A DNA stretch of 64,000 nucleotides, taken from positions 506,959 to 570,958 of the forward strand of contig NMRA01000181.1 in assembly GCA_002633005.1 (NCBI GenBank). The letters are read 5' to 3'. Shown piece by piece: positions 50,833-64,000 of this stretch (position 1 is the first letter of the stretch; every line of letters begins with the position of its first letter). Both the position numbers and the translations under genes were made by a program. The notes beneath the pieces are model-generated. The model had not been told where the DNA came from. It ran no database searches and worked only from the letters and a program-made list of their open reading frames with translations. Origin of the DNA: Phoronis australis (lineage: Eukaryota > Animalia > Phoronida).

Positions 50833-51086
50833 AAAATCCCGTTTTAAATTAGGCCACTTGTCCTTACAAAATTAGTCTCAAATTGTAAAATAGTCAAAAT
50901 AACTGTTTTCTGGAAATAAGGGGCAGTTCATTACTTTCTCTGCCATGCCCTAAAATTTTACAAACTTGGTCTGATGAACTAAGGAACTATCACTTATTTC
51001 CAAAAATAAAATCAACTATTTTGACTAAGGAACAATTTGAGACCAATTTCATAATGGTAAGTGGTCCAAATTAAATTCTGGTTTTA
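50833..51086. mobile_element. Degenerate palindromic MITE; fragments also at ~10001-10045, ~10571-10612 and ~50115-50170
   Basis: aaattagtctcaaattgt..tagtcaaaata inverted against tattttgactaaggaacaatttgagaccaattt. Confidence 0.6.
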
Positions 51087-51760
51087 CCAATTAGGTACTA
51101 TACTTATTGTGTGACCACAATCTAGTTCGCTAACAAGAAATTAATTTTCACGACAAGAATTGAGTCTCTTTCATAGTTTATTTGCAAACCTGCTTTGTAA
51201 GATATTCAGTCTTAACAACTGTGCCAGAGGATGTCAATATATTGTCGAACATGCTGACAAAAAGCCCACCATTCCAAAAATGAGATAATACTGAATTTCA
51301 AAAGGGCCTTTTCACTTTATTTGCAGATGGAGACAAGTTACCTCAAGTGTAATGCTGTGAGCATTCATTTCACTGCAGAACTGACCTTTACACAGGGTAT
51401 TTGCCAAAGGGAAATTCATATTCCAGCCTTTCTTTGATCCAATGCACAAATCATTTTGATGCGATTTCATGGTTGCTCTACAATGTCACATGCTTTGATT
51501 TTTTGACCGAGCCTGCCAGTAAATAATGACCACAACACACATCTTCAATATGAACGCCAGCATCGTTAGACACAGTAATAAAAGTGTCGAAATTATGGAT
51601 GAACTGCAGAGTAACTGCCTACTCTTTGTTTGCAACAAAATAACAATAAATGACCAGTAGCTTGTCAAAACACACTCAATCATTATTGGTATTAAAGTTA
51701 AGGTTTTGTTTAGCAGCCAGCTTACAGCAAACATGGCGACAATCACTTACAAAGGTCTGG

Positions 51761-51816
51761 ATTCTGAGAACCAGTTTGATGCCTGCTATTCACTAGAGAA
51801 AACTGGTTCTCAAAAT
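51761..51816. repeat. Small hairpin element in putative TOP1 3' UTR
   Basis: attctgagaaccag...ctggttctcaaaat; reverse-complement homolog of 11499-11555. Confidence 0.75.
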
Positions 51817-52644
51817 ACAGAACCCTTGTGATGACTACTGCAGAAACGGTGTTCATGGACATTTAAAATGGAAAAAGACTAATTGTGGTAAAACCTACAG
51901 CAGTGTGCTTGGCTAACAGTCAAATTTCATACACCCCATTTTAAGGAGCATGACTTACACAACGAGGATGGGACATTTAAGTAACCAATGACTGATGAGA
52001 TCAGAGACAGAAAATGCTAATTCATGAAGAAAACTAGAGCTACTACAAGCATACAGCACAATGACTCAAAGATTATGAACACAGTTGCAATGATGAAGGA
52101 TTCGTATGACGTAATGGATTACAAATGACTGTGGAATAAGATAACAGACAAACCATACATTTGTCTAAGTTTTCTCAGCATTTTAACAACAGCACTTCGT
52201 TTTCTCCTCCGACTACAGACCAGAGGCTGGCTGAGGAGCAATGGCCCAGTGCCATCCATTCTTGCCAGTAAATCATGTTGGTGACAACATTATGTAATTT
52301 GATATGACACATAAGAAACTGTCTAAAATCATAACACAGTCAGTGCCTGCTAAAATCAAAAATACATAAACGCGCTTTCCTAAATTTATTCACTTTAATG
52401 AAAAATTCATCCCTTCAATAATCAAACGCCACAAAATATTCAGATTATGTTTACAATTCAACACATTCATTCAGTAAGATTTCCATCTATCGTAGTTATG
52501 TAAAAATAAATTTAAAATCATTCATCAAGAACCAGTCACACATGGATGCTCTTGGTGGGATGCAAACGGAATAGTGTCTTCTTCAACACGGAGTGCTTTA
52601 AAGACTGTCCCCTGGTCATCATCATCTCTATCGTCGTCACTGGA

Positions 52645-52765
52645 TCACAAATGGTTCACGTCTGTAAACTCGTAATCAGGACCCGCCATGTCAATAGCCC
52701 ACCTGAACTTCTCTCGTTGCGTCTTGTTATAGATCTTCTCAATGGGAACCTCCCATTTCTTGCAC
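52645..52765 (-). CDS. TOP1: TOP1 last exon
   Basis: [42 protein letters not shown] at 52645-52647. Confidence 0.93.
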
Positions 52766-55700
52766 CTGTCGTAGTAACAAATAGCATTACAGAATAATGC
52801 GCATTACATAGACTTGATATTCACTGTGAGATGCAATGGTCCAACATCAGGCCCAACAAACCAAATGGGGTGGACACAGGATATAAGGCAGATGCCCTTA
52901 AGGTTAACCATTAACCGGTGCCACCAAAGTTCATAAACCTGCAGCAATTCAGACCAATCTTATGTTATATGTGAAATTAGGGAGTACACAACTCCCAATT
53001 CTTTTAAGAGCAGTTTGGGATTCATTGCGTGCAAAGTCTGGGTATATTTCAATGCATGTCCACTGTGTTTGGTTATCAAAAGACAAAGAGCAGAGACTTT
53101 GAACATGCACAGGTATGCAAAGGCTTTGCATGCATTGAATCGGAAATAATGCTTAAAAGAAATAATGACCAAGTGACTGAACATTACCAGAATACTGTTT
53201 ACAAGATTTAATTCAGATTCGAGATTTTCATAACTGACTCATACCCAGTTGACACCTGACTTTATGGTTAGAATATGGACAGCAACATTGGCTTCCAGAG
53301 TGGAATCACCTTAGTCGATTTTCCAAAACAAATTCAAAGCATCAATACCCGCCAAGAAGATAATAGCCAAGTTTTTAGGGATAGTGTAAGAATGGTTTAC
53401 ATAGTTTAGCTTGAACATGGAAGTGACTATGATGCTTTCTAGACTGAACTTTTGTTATTGTACATTGCATTTTTCATAATAAACGTTGAAAACATACAAT
53501 GCATACTGAAGTGGGTAGTGAGCTGTCATTGTTATTAGCATCAATGGAAGGTTAGATAAGATTTGTGGTAAGTTGCGGCAGCTAATTAACAAGTTCACAC
53601 CAGACACACAGATTGCGGTTACAATCAAACCCCACCCCACGTTCGATTCTACTCAGTCAAACTGTCTAAATTTAACTGCAAGATAGACTTGATGAAGCCA
53701 AACAACAGCAACGTCAGAAGAGTTGGCTGGGAGAGGAAGACAACTGCCTCTGCTTAGGATTTGCAACAGAGCGATTGTGTACGCACATTGGTGCTCTAAA
53801 AGAGTATACCGAAGGACGACGCTTAGCTTTTTAAGCATCTCTGGCATTTATGTAGGGCTCTATACTTTTAATAATGCCCTCCTAAGTTGGTCTTTCCATA
53901 GTTGGCAAGTAACGCAGTACATAGGTTCTCCTTAATTGCAAACACGTTCCCGGGGATGGCTTACTTACCAGGCTACACTGATGCGAGGGTCAAGGTAGTT
54001 CAGTTTGGACGTTCCTAGAGCGATCTCTTTATTCTCCTCCTGCATTAAAATAAATCACATCAATTATTCCCAACTCCAAAAAATCCCAATGCATTGATAA
54101 ACACAACAGAAATTCTTTTGAATGTCTAGATATTATGACATATATTCAATCAATAAAATGCCTGGTTACTACCACATACGGGAATTTTCAAGAAAGTAGA
54201 ACAAATTTCTTATCATAAAAAATCAGCTTAATTTCCACGTAAAACATTGACTAATTTTCAGTGATTCAGTATTATTTGTATCTGACGTCTTTCTGGGTTT
54301 TCTCCATAGCTACATCAAAGCCATATAAAATTCGTCAACCTATTTTGAAAACTAACTGTTCAACACAATGCAAATGGCGTCAAAAAATCAGAAAAACACC
54401 ATTCCCAATAATGAGGGGAAGCCTTTTTCATTACTACGTTTATTATCAATTTTGACAAAATAAATCCCAAAAACATCATTATTGGTAATTAATCCTCTAC
54501 ATCACCAATGAACTCTGACAATCATGCTAGATGTTTAAGCCAGTAATATCCAACAGTAAGCGGGGTAATATTTAACAGCAAAGCTTGTGCCCTTCTCACC
54601 TTATCAGTAGCTGACACTTCCAATTTGGTCAGTTGTTCTTCCAGTCTTGCCAACATTTTCTTTTTCTTTTCATAAATACTGAAATGCAAAATGAGACACT
54701 GGGTTTTCATGTAAACAATGAAATGCCTGTTCCCGAGCAATCTTGTTTACTCGGTTGCCACGGCGATAAGCAGCATGTAAAGAACCAACACTCACAAACT
54801 GTGCACAGCAAAGCGTTAGCATGTGAACACTAATTTGTCTCACCCTCACCAAATGGAGTAAAACAATTTTAATGGAAAAAAACCTAACCAAATAAATCCA
54901 CTTCTAACATGTTACAAACACTCATATCCTCAAGTAACTATTCACCCGACACAAAATCAACCACGATAAAATCTCCCCCATCTTGTAGAAAAATAATTGC
55001 TAATTTAAATTGTCCCTTTTCCCTTTTTCAAAGGCTTTTTAGCAATGTTATGAATGTTCACAATTTCTCATTTCGTTTATTGCCTAATGGTAGCTACAAT
55101 ATAGAACGCGATAGGAACACTCTATACACATTTTAGGGGTGTGAGAATAAAAACGCTTTCGCTCAACATAATTTCTCATTCCTGTGTGTAAGACGGGCCA
55201 AGAAACCAAATCATAATTTCTTTCACTACTGGAGAAATTAGAGTGTGAATAGTTTGGACATCCCACCGCCACACCACAGTGCGATTTGACGGAAAAACCA
55301 CTGAAAATATCCCATTGAATTAAATCCACCCAAGATTGGAGAACGTTCTCCACCGACATTATCACCATCTAGCGACAAGTCACATGTTATCATGAAACTT
55401 GTAGTGAAGATCCCTTTTGGAACCAAAGAACCATACCTTGATGTGGTTAAGTACGGTCGCTTCATCCACATCTCACGATCAGGGTGCATCCTCTGTCGTA
55501 GAATTTAATGGTGGTGAATCAAATCCTTGAGAAAAGGACAAAACAGCTGTACCCATACCACATCAAGGTTCCAAAAGTGATCTTCACTTAATATTTTCAT
55601 CATTTAAATGGATCCCAGTAATATACATAGTCATGTGTTATCATATTGGCACCATATCAGAATATTGCGCCAATACTCACGCCTTCTTCCCCTCAGATCG

Positions 55701-58700
55701 GGAACTCTTCAGCTCACTCTTAGCATCCTTCACTTGTCTCTTGGCTTCCTTCACTGCCTTCTTCTTCAGTTTGATCTGTCAAAGGCAAGTTATCACATCA
55801 CTTACAGTCGAAAGAATAACAATCCGGGACAGAAACAGATTGTTGTACATACTACTCTGTGCACGTCATGTGGTGAATATTTTCTCGCATTCTGCAGATT
55901 GGAAATAAGAACAAACAGGAACATTCTGTTTGCATCCCACAGTATCGATAACCACTATTTACACTAATTCCTGTCAAAACGTTGTAAAATTTGGGCAAAA
56001 ACAACAGAACAAAAACAGAAGAAAAAACAATTACTTATTAATCTTTTTGAAAATTAGTCAAAAACTTTTGCTCCAAACTTTGATGGACTTCTGATGACGA
56101 GGAAATTTTGTCACCTGTTTAAAAAATACAGTCACATGAAACTTACCTTTTCAAGCATGTTTTCCATCTGTTTACTAAAGTTCTTGGGTGCTGCCCTCTG
56201 ATGGTTACAAAGGATGGCTACCGCACGATTGGCACGGTTGTATGAGAGCAGCTTAGCAGCAACTGGGTCGCTCTCTACAACAACAAGTATATGACATGTG
56301 AAATGTGACCTCAGGACATCAACAATGCAGAAACAAGAGCAACGCGGAGCGTTGAAATGCGCCCACAATTGCACCGCATACGGTATCCTTCTAGGGTTGT
56401 TTATTGGTACCATAAAGTGGCCAGTAGAGGGCATACTTTGCAAAATGGAAAGGCATGGTCATTGTCTCCTCAATAGGCTAGGGGCAAAATGTGAGTAATC
56501 TTCATAATACAAGCACATCCTATACACCAGTTGCTTAAAGCACCACAGAAACATAGAATTAAAAACAAATTTACCAACATACGAGATTAGCACAGCATTA
56601 GAATGCCAGAAACAAATTTCTACTTGGAACTTTTCCTTCACAGTCACGAAGTAACACAAAGTATACACCTGAAGACCTATGAAAATACAGAGGTCAATGT
56701 AAAATACTAAAATTGCCACTAGAGGCAAATACTAAAATTGCCACTAGAGGCATACCGGTAATCAGAATCATCCTAAAGTCGTCATCGTCCGTTGTCAACA
56801 TCACATAAATACACTTGCTAAATTTAGTAAAGATCCTGCAAACGGTTTGGGAGATACAGCCATGGGCGCAAAAAAACAAAACTGCCACTAGGAGGCGCCA
56901 CAGTAGTCCAAATCGTCTGAAAATCATTGTCAGCTGTCTTCCTTATAGTAAGCACATACACGCCAATTTTCACAATCATCCTTTGAGCGGTTTGGTTGAT
57001 AGAGGGGTGGACGCAAAAATACAGACTCGAAAACAGTAAAAATGGCCACTAGGTGGCGCAAACTACGTCGAATCCATCTGAAAACAGTAGGATAGCGTCA
57101 TCTCACTAATAGGTGCCTACATACCAAATTTCATGAAAATCCGTTCAATACTTTTGAAGATACAAAGGTAAGCGTAAAAAACTAAAATTGCCACTAGGGG
57201 GCACACCGGTAGTCGGATCCGACCAAAAGTCGTCATCTTCCGTTGTTAACATCATATAAATATACTTACACAATTTGTAAAGATCCTGCGAACGGTTTAG
57301 GAGATACAGCCATAGGCGCAAAAAAACAAAACTGCCACTAGGAGGCGCCACAGTAGTCGAAATCGTCGGAAAATCATCGTCAACCATCCTCTACATAGTA
57401 AGCATATACATGCCAATTTTCACAATCATCCTTTGAGCGGTTTGGTTGATAGAGGGGTGGACGCACAAAAACAGACTCGAAAACACTAAAAATGGCCACT
57501 AGGTGGCGCAAACTATGTCGAATCCATCTGAAAACGGGAGGATAGCGTCATCTCACTAATAGGTGCCTACATACCAAATTTCATGAAAATCCAATAAGGA
57601 CTTGTGAAGATACAAAGGTAAGCGTAAAAAAATTAAAATTGCCACTAGGGGGCACACCGGTAGTCGGATCCGTCCAAAAGTCGTCATCTTCCGTTGTTAA
57701 CATCATATAAATATACTTACACAATTTCGTAAAGATCCTGCGAACGGTTTAGGAGATACAGCCATAGGCGCAAAAAAAACAAAACTGCCACTAGGAGGCG
57801 CCACAGTAGTCGAAATCGTCGGAAAATCATCGTCAACCGTCCTCTACATAGTAAGCACATACATGCCAATTTTCACAATCATCCTTTGAGCGGTTTGGTT
57901 GATAGAGGGGTGGAAGCACATAAACAGACTCGAAAACAGTAAAAATGGCCACTAGGTGGCGCAAACTATGTCGAATCCATCCGAAAACGGCAGGATAGCG
58001 TCATCTCACTACTAGGTGCCTACATACCAAATTTCATGAAAATCCGTTCAGGACTTTTGAAGATACAAAGGTAAGCGTAAAAAACTAAAATTGCCACTAG
58101 GGGGCACACCGGTAGTCGGATCCGTCCGAAAGTTCGCACATGCCGTCCCATTCATGAATGGAACATATGTGCCAAATTTCATGAACGTATGTCAAAGGGT
58201 TTTGGAGATAGAGCAGCGGACGCCGGACGGACGCCGCCCGGACGGACGGACAGAGATGACGGCATAATGCGTCCACATATAAATATGTGGGCGCATAAAA
58301 AGCACAAACTGATATCCAGACCACAAAGCGTTATAACAATGAATCAGCACATGTTGAAGTCGGATCTTCGTTGAACTCCGGAAGTTTTACCATACGAGAG
58401 TCCTATTTTAAGTATTCAGTCTGTATACTGTACGTCGGATTTTGAATAATATGCATAAAATCCTTTGATCTAGCTGATTTTGACATATTAGGTTGTTGTC
58501 CCATTAAAAACAAACTCAAAGTCAAAGAATGATGCACTACAAATCATTCTCACTGGACTAAGAAAACTGTGTAAATATGCCACAAAACCATAAAGACAAC
58601 CAAAGACGAACAACACAACCTCAAAATGGAGTCAAATAGGAAATGCGAGTTGGTATCTGAATTCGGATATTGGACCTCAGGGCCAAATTCGCGTCCAACA

Positions 58701-61700
58701 GGTGGATTAGACGTGATAGCTTGACGTACACCCAGCGGTGCCCACGACTCACCTTTGGTCAACAGTGTAAGCTGCTCCTGCAGAGTTCTAGAGGCGTTGT
58801 AAGTACGGAATACCTTTGCAGTCAGACCGTCCATGATACTGGTCAGATGTTTGTTTAGAATGGCCGTCTGTGAAACAAACATTCTCAACGTGCTAGAGAT
58901 TACCAAGGTAACTCCAACTCAAGGAAAGAGCATCAGAAAATGTGAGTAGCAACAATATTATAATGAATACCATAAAAATTATAGAAAATATTGTTGACAA
59001 CAGAAGCAGATTCTAAGAATTTACGGAAAAACTGACAATCATCAAAGGCAAAATCAGAAACCAGAGAAAAAGCAAAAATCACGGAAAACAAAACTCTAAT
59101 TTTAGTCTTTTTCATCAACTATTACACTTGATTTAAAAGGCAGTAGAAGCATCGACAAAATCTCATCATTGTGCCGAGGAAAAGCACATCATTCACAGGT
59201 TCTTAAGGTTAAAGTTTGTAAGACCCTAGAAAACTTAAAAACTTGGCAAATTTCGGCACATCGTATCTCGGAAATGGACTATTCGATTCACATAAAATTT
59301 TCAGATTTTATGCTCTAGGCACTTCTCCAGAATGAAGTTGGCAATTGTTTTCAAAATGTTCCACTTTTGTATAGGGGCTATCAAAAATAGGACTTTTATT
59401 ACAGTATTCATGAAAATACTCAAAAGCTGTATAAATACGAAACGATAATGTAGACAACTGTAACCCCCCATTTTTGGTCATGTTATCGATGCCATAGCGT
59501 TGCCATCAATGTACCTTTCTATTTTTGCAAATTTTGACCAAAAAGATGTAACTTAAGTAAGGGCAGATTGATAAAATTCAAAAATTAAACTCTAAGGCTT
59601 CTTACTTTCGACGAATATACACTTTATTGAGTTTTGTAGATATTTAGCTGAATAAACAAACTCTTCGACAAGGTCCTACTTAACCTTAAAGAACAAAAGA
59701 GCACGATAACATGACCATTAATTTGTCTGAAACACAAATAATGGTGTGTGTCGGGGGAGGAACGAAGAGCATGACAATACCTCTGGCACACTCCCAGAAT
59801 TCCCCACTTTGATATAGGAAGGTACATAATATGACAATATGCTGCATTTGTCACACTTAAAAATACAGCTTCCTTCTCCTAGACTCAAACAGATTTAACT
59901 TGTACTCTACACGTCCTAAGTTTTACAAACACTGCTCAGCTCGTTCACGGTTATCCAACAAAATGAGGTATGCATTGTTTTTGCAAAACTGCCTCTCAAT
60001 TCAGTCATCAACTGACCTTTTACAGCAGATATTCCACGAATGGTAAATCTCATGGCACTACTCACATTGAGGCGATCAAAGAGGTCGTCGGCCGGCTGCT
60101 TGTGATCCATGAACAACTTGAGGTTCTTAAAAACGCGCTTCTCCACGGACACGCTGTTCTGGTAACGGATGGAGTCCTTACCCAGGAAGTCAAACTCGAC
60201 TACATTTTCCTTCTCTCCTTCCTTCTCATGCAGTCTGATGTGCTCAACTCGCAGCGAGCAGCAGCCGACGGTGTCAGCTGTCTCGTCAGTCTCTTTCTCA
60301 TTTCCAGCTCTCAGGGCGAGCTGGAAATAGAACCAGTAACTTCTGAGGGTAGATGTATTGGGCTTACAGAAAATCTCCCACTTACAATTGGTTTCAGTAT
60401 ATTTTGACATAAGTTCGGTGAAAGCATCATTTCCCACAGAAATCAAACCAGACCCAATTTTGGTCTGAGAATGACTGCGAGGAGCGTAAATACTGACTTG
60501 CAACAATGTTTGAGGTACGTCATGTTGACTTCCAAACTATAAATTACTAACAGTTTTCCTCGATTCATCACCTTGGAAACAAAATTATTTCGTGAAATCA
60601 GTGGATCTGCCACCACAGCAGGCAGTGTACATCAAAAGCGCTTAAACTACAACAGGCAGTAAACAGATAGAAGTCGGAATTGTTCGGCTTAAATCAAGCA
60701 AGATCAATGAAATTCGCACCACCAGTCCATGCCGTCATCTGGGTTCTATGTTCGTTCATCAGCGGGAGGAATTGAGTTAGAGAACGAACATACAGTTTAC
60801 GCATTTACGGGGAGAAATTGGAGGGTACGGGCAAGAGAATGGATAACAATATGACCCTTTTTTTTAATTGACGATGTTTATGCAGGATCGCCGACTTCAG
60901 ATTTCATTTCGGCGCTTAAGATTTTTCACTTCTGGAGACCTCAGGTTTTGTTTGGCGACCTGGTATTTTTGCCAGGGCGCCAAATGCAACTTGCCGTTAA
61001 CCTAAGCATCAAGCGCTGTACAAAAATAATACAAACGTCAAAAATAAAGATCTGGTCTCCCTCTTTTTACAGAATGTATTTACAAACGGTGAAACAGTAA
61101 GACACTTGACACATCCATCATTAATACAAACGTCCTGTTGTCAATCACTTCATAATGGGCCTTGCTTGAATGTTGGCAACGTTCATGTGTTTAATAAATC
61201 GATGTAGATTATCAAAAAAATTTAAAATGCAACAAATCAGAATGAAGAAATACACAAACTCTCACAAAGTGAAGGCATAGCGATCCTGCTTCTGGTATAA
61301 CTTCACTCAACAGAGTGAAAGATCCAACAAGCGGAAACATACCTTGTCTATGAAGTACATAGCGACGGCCCTCTGGCGTACCCTCATTTCTTTAGACTTC
61401 CAATCCTCTCTGTAAGTAGCGCGGACCCGGTCGATGATTTTGTGCAGACTTCTGGCGGTCTCATACTTCTGCCAGTCCTTCTCACCCTGCATTGCCAAGA
61501 ACACACTGCATTGTATTGAGATTACACAAACTTGAACCAATAAGTTACTCCCAGAGTGTGCTCAATAACGTTATTCACGTCTCAAGTGAGCCAGATAGTA
61601 CAAGATCACTTGGGTGCAACACGAAATCTTGCGAATGCATCTCATAAGTCAGTTACGTGCACTAGCAAAGAGGCTGGCACCGATGAGAAATTGGACGGCT

Positions 61701-63390
61701 ACTTGGACGGTTATGGGAGCAAATAGAACGTTAACACCGAAGTACCCAAGTTGTTATTCAACTACTTGTACAACGGATAACAAACAACCCAACAGATGCC
61801 GCTATAGTCACAAAGCTCAACACAAGCACCGATGATTCAAAATGAGCCAAGAACCCGTTATCGCTAAATACTACAAGAGCCAAAATGTCCACTGACTAAT
61901 GCACCTATCCGCCAAATAATGTACACGAGTAAATTCAACGCAGGGCTACTAACCTTGAGCCTTGAGCTAGCGTTCAACATGACATACTTCACTTGTCCCT
62001 GTACGTTCTCTGTCCACGAGGCCAGCCAAGAGACAGTGTTGTCATGTTGCACCTTCTTCCACTTGTGACCCTCGGGAGGGGTTGGCACTTTGGCATCCCT
62101 GGTGAGACAGTAATTATAAACATACACACGCACGCGCGCACATTTATTATATAGGCCACACGCCTTTTGAAACCATAAATTCACCATTTTACCACGACAC
62201 CCATGGTCAGTACATACAAACACGTGCTACAGAGATAACAAAGCAATTGTACAACTAAGCTTCTTGTAACATACGTTTTCCTACTTTCAGTACCAACAAA
62301 TGTATTTTGCCACCTGATTTAAGTTGGAGACAACACGCCAACCACGGTTGCACATTATAACGCCGTCAGGAATTTATGCACTCATAATTACATAATACTA
62401 CAAAAAAATAACAATGGCATGTCAATGTTGCTTTATTATTCAGGAATCAGTAACTGCAGTGTACTTGCACATACTTGCTACAGTTGATAATGACATCCTC
62501 GGGGTTAACTCTCCTCTTCAACTGTCCCATCTTGGGGTGGTCGCCACGGCCACGGAACAGACCTGGCGGCTCTATCCTGAAGTTGCCAATCTTTTCCTTG
62601 TGTCCATCAATGGAGCAGAAGCCGTACTCGGCGATCAACTCTTCATTCTTTTCCTTGATGGCCTATGGTAATGACCAGTTAGTCACTATTTAGCCAAAAT
62701 AGACAACAGTGCTTGACTCACCTCACAATTTCATTAAAAACAACATATTATATTTGTTACTGTTCTACTGTGCCCCACGACAGGGACCCTTAAAACTGTA
62801 CTTCCATTCTGTGACACAACTGCCATTTCGCACGAGTACTAGTGCAGAGACTCTGGAGGCCAAGTGTCGAGATCTAGCGAACCCAGCGGATCACCAGTGT
62901 ACCACGTTAGCAATTGGCTTGCACTCCCAAGGTTATAGAGTTCCACATCGATATGATTAAAAAATTTACAAGCGATAGACATGTGCAGTGATGCAATCAC
63001 AACAAACACAGATAGTCCATGATTTAGTTTACGAATAAAGTGACATCTCGGAAAGAAACCTCGATTCAAACAGTACTTGTTAGAATTGAAGTATTTACGA
63101 CATCAATGGCCTAACTCTATGTTCAAATAGTACTTTTTACAATGTGACTAATATTGTTTAGCCAGGGTGAACATAATTTGAAGAAAGGCATACACGGCAG
63201 AGTAGGATATGCCGCCGCCGCCCACACACAGAGGAGGGCCTGTCATGTATCGCATTGTACCATGTACCTTCTTTTCCTCCTTGGACATGGCTTTGCGTTT
63301 TTCTGACTGTGCTTGGAAATAGGCATGCATGTCCCTGAAGTCACACTTGGACAGATCTGTAATTCTTTTACGCTCCTCCTCCGTCATCAC
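52645..63390 (-). CDS. TOP1: DNA topoisomerase IB, 3' 11 coding exons (5' part outside window)
   Basis: [58 protein letters not shown] and the catalytic SKLNYLDPR; consistent GT-AG phases. Confidence 0.98.
53969..54039 (-). CDS. TOP1: TOP1 exon with catalytic Tyr
   Basis: [23 protein letters not shown]. Confidence 0.96.
54600..54678 (-). CDS. TOP1: TOP1 linker exon
   Basis: [26 protein letters not shown]. Confidence 0.93.
55681..55775 (-). CDS. TOP1: TOP1 linker exon
   Basis: [31 protein letters not shown]. Confidence 0.9.
56147..56274 (-). CDS. TOP1: TOP1 exon
   Basis: [42 protein letters not shown]. Confidence 0.95.
56332..58301 (-). mobile_element. Non-autonomous Helentron (HINE/DINE-1-like) with central ~451-bp higher-order tandem repeat
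   Basis: subTIR plus IR palindrome atgcgtccacatat-aa-atatgtgggcgcat (58267-58296), (GGAC)n microsatellite (~58217-58252), tandem array 56731-58130, second subTIR atgcgcccaca (56357-56367), terminal stem-loop caacgc-gga-gcgttg, A-run ends. Confidence 0.8.
58753..58867 (-). CDS. TOP1: TOP1 exon
   Basis: [33 protein letters not shown]. Confidence 0.96.
59207..59685. mobile_element. Putative Kolobok-like non-autonomous element
   Basis: TTAA|ggttaaagt ... acttaacc|TTAA, short imperfect TIRs. Confidence 0.45.
60066..60320 (-). CDS. TOP1: TOP1 exon
   Basis: [27 protein letters not shown]...DLFDRLN. Confidence 0.96.
61343..61486 (-). CDS. TOP1: TOP1 exon
   Basis: [12 protein letters not shown]...[12 protein letters not shown]. 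Confidence 0.96.
61954..62098 (-). CDS. TOP1: TOP1 exon
   Basis: [34 protein letters not shown]. Confidence 0.96.
62475..62662 (-). CDS. TOP1: TOP1 exon
   Basis: [40 protein letters not shown]. Confidence 0.96.
63268..63390 (-). CDS. TOP1: TOP1 exon
   Basis: [25 protein letters not shown]...MSKEEKK. Confidence 0.95.
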
Positions 63391-64000
63391 CTAAACAACG
63401 AGAACAGAAAAAGACGATTTTCGAAATTCACTACCACACCAGATGGCAAACAGGTCCTTGGTGGGCAGGTTTCAGCGCCACCTACGGTCGGATCCCACAT
63501 AAAGCACACCGGAAGTTTCGACAGCGCTTTAACACATTTCCAGCTATCACAATGACGGCAAGTTTCCACTCTCGTGTGGTGAGGTGTACTAATGGCTAAC
63601 ACAGAAAAAGGCAAACCTCTTGAAATATCCATGGATGAAGGACAGCACGGCCCACACTTTTCCCACTGCGAAGAATAATCGGCAGCTGCCAGTCAGTCAT
63701 GGCGAGAGATAAAGCAGGAGAATTTCGATCCCAACGAGATGTTAAAAGCTATGGTAAACTAGTGAACTTAACCTAATCAAACAATGTGAGGGGCTTAGTG
63801 GGATTTATTCCCATTTTTAAATTTAGCAACCACTGTGTAGTAATTGAATTTCTGTCCACCAAATCTGAGATCAATCGGGATCAAGCGGAAGTCAGTCTCA
63901 CAATCTCATTACCCTAGTGGGCGCCAAGATGAGAAGTCCGCTATTGTAGCAAAACTTTGAAATCACCCGAGTTTGCACTAAACTATGGCAATACAATTTG

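Overview
Eukaryotic (invertebrate bilaterian, most likely lophotrochozoan/mollusc-like) genomic DNA with three intron-rich genes, all on the minus strand. (1) The 3' two-thirds of DNA topoisomerase IB (TOP1): 11 exons, 52645-63390, 5' end beyond the window. (2) A complete CNOT1 (CCR4-NOT scaffold): 41 GT-AG coding exons, 12819-48093, 7158 nt = 2385 aa plus stop, with consistent phases. (3) The 5' four exons of an unrecognised CAP-Gly-domain protein (651-7719), which probably continues off the left edge. Introns and spacers hold many non-autonomous DNA transposons and foldback elements, a Helentron-type HINE with a CTCF-motif-like higher-order repeat, and tRNA-derived SINE-like sequence. Three duplications next to single Ns look like unmerged haplotypes. 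No prokaryotic system or CRISPR array is present. The most notable oddities are a clustered divergence in the penultimate CNOT1 exon beside a ~210-bp tRNA-derived hairpin, an in-frame acidic extension after the TOP1 stop, the same small hairpin in both putative 3' UTRs in opposite orientation, and a divergent CAP-Gly gene with twin poison-exon-like microexons. All coordinates were read by hand; family assignments rest on recalled sequences, not database searches.
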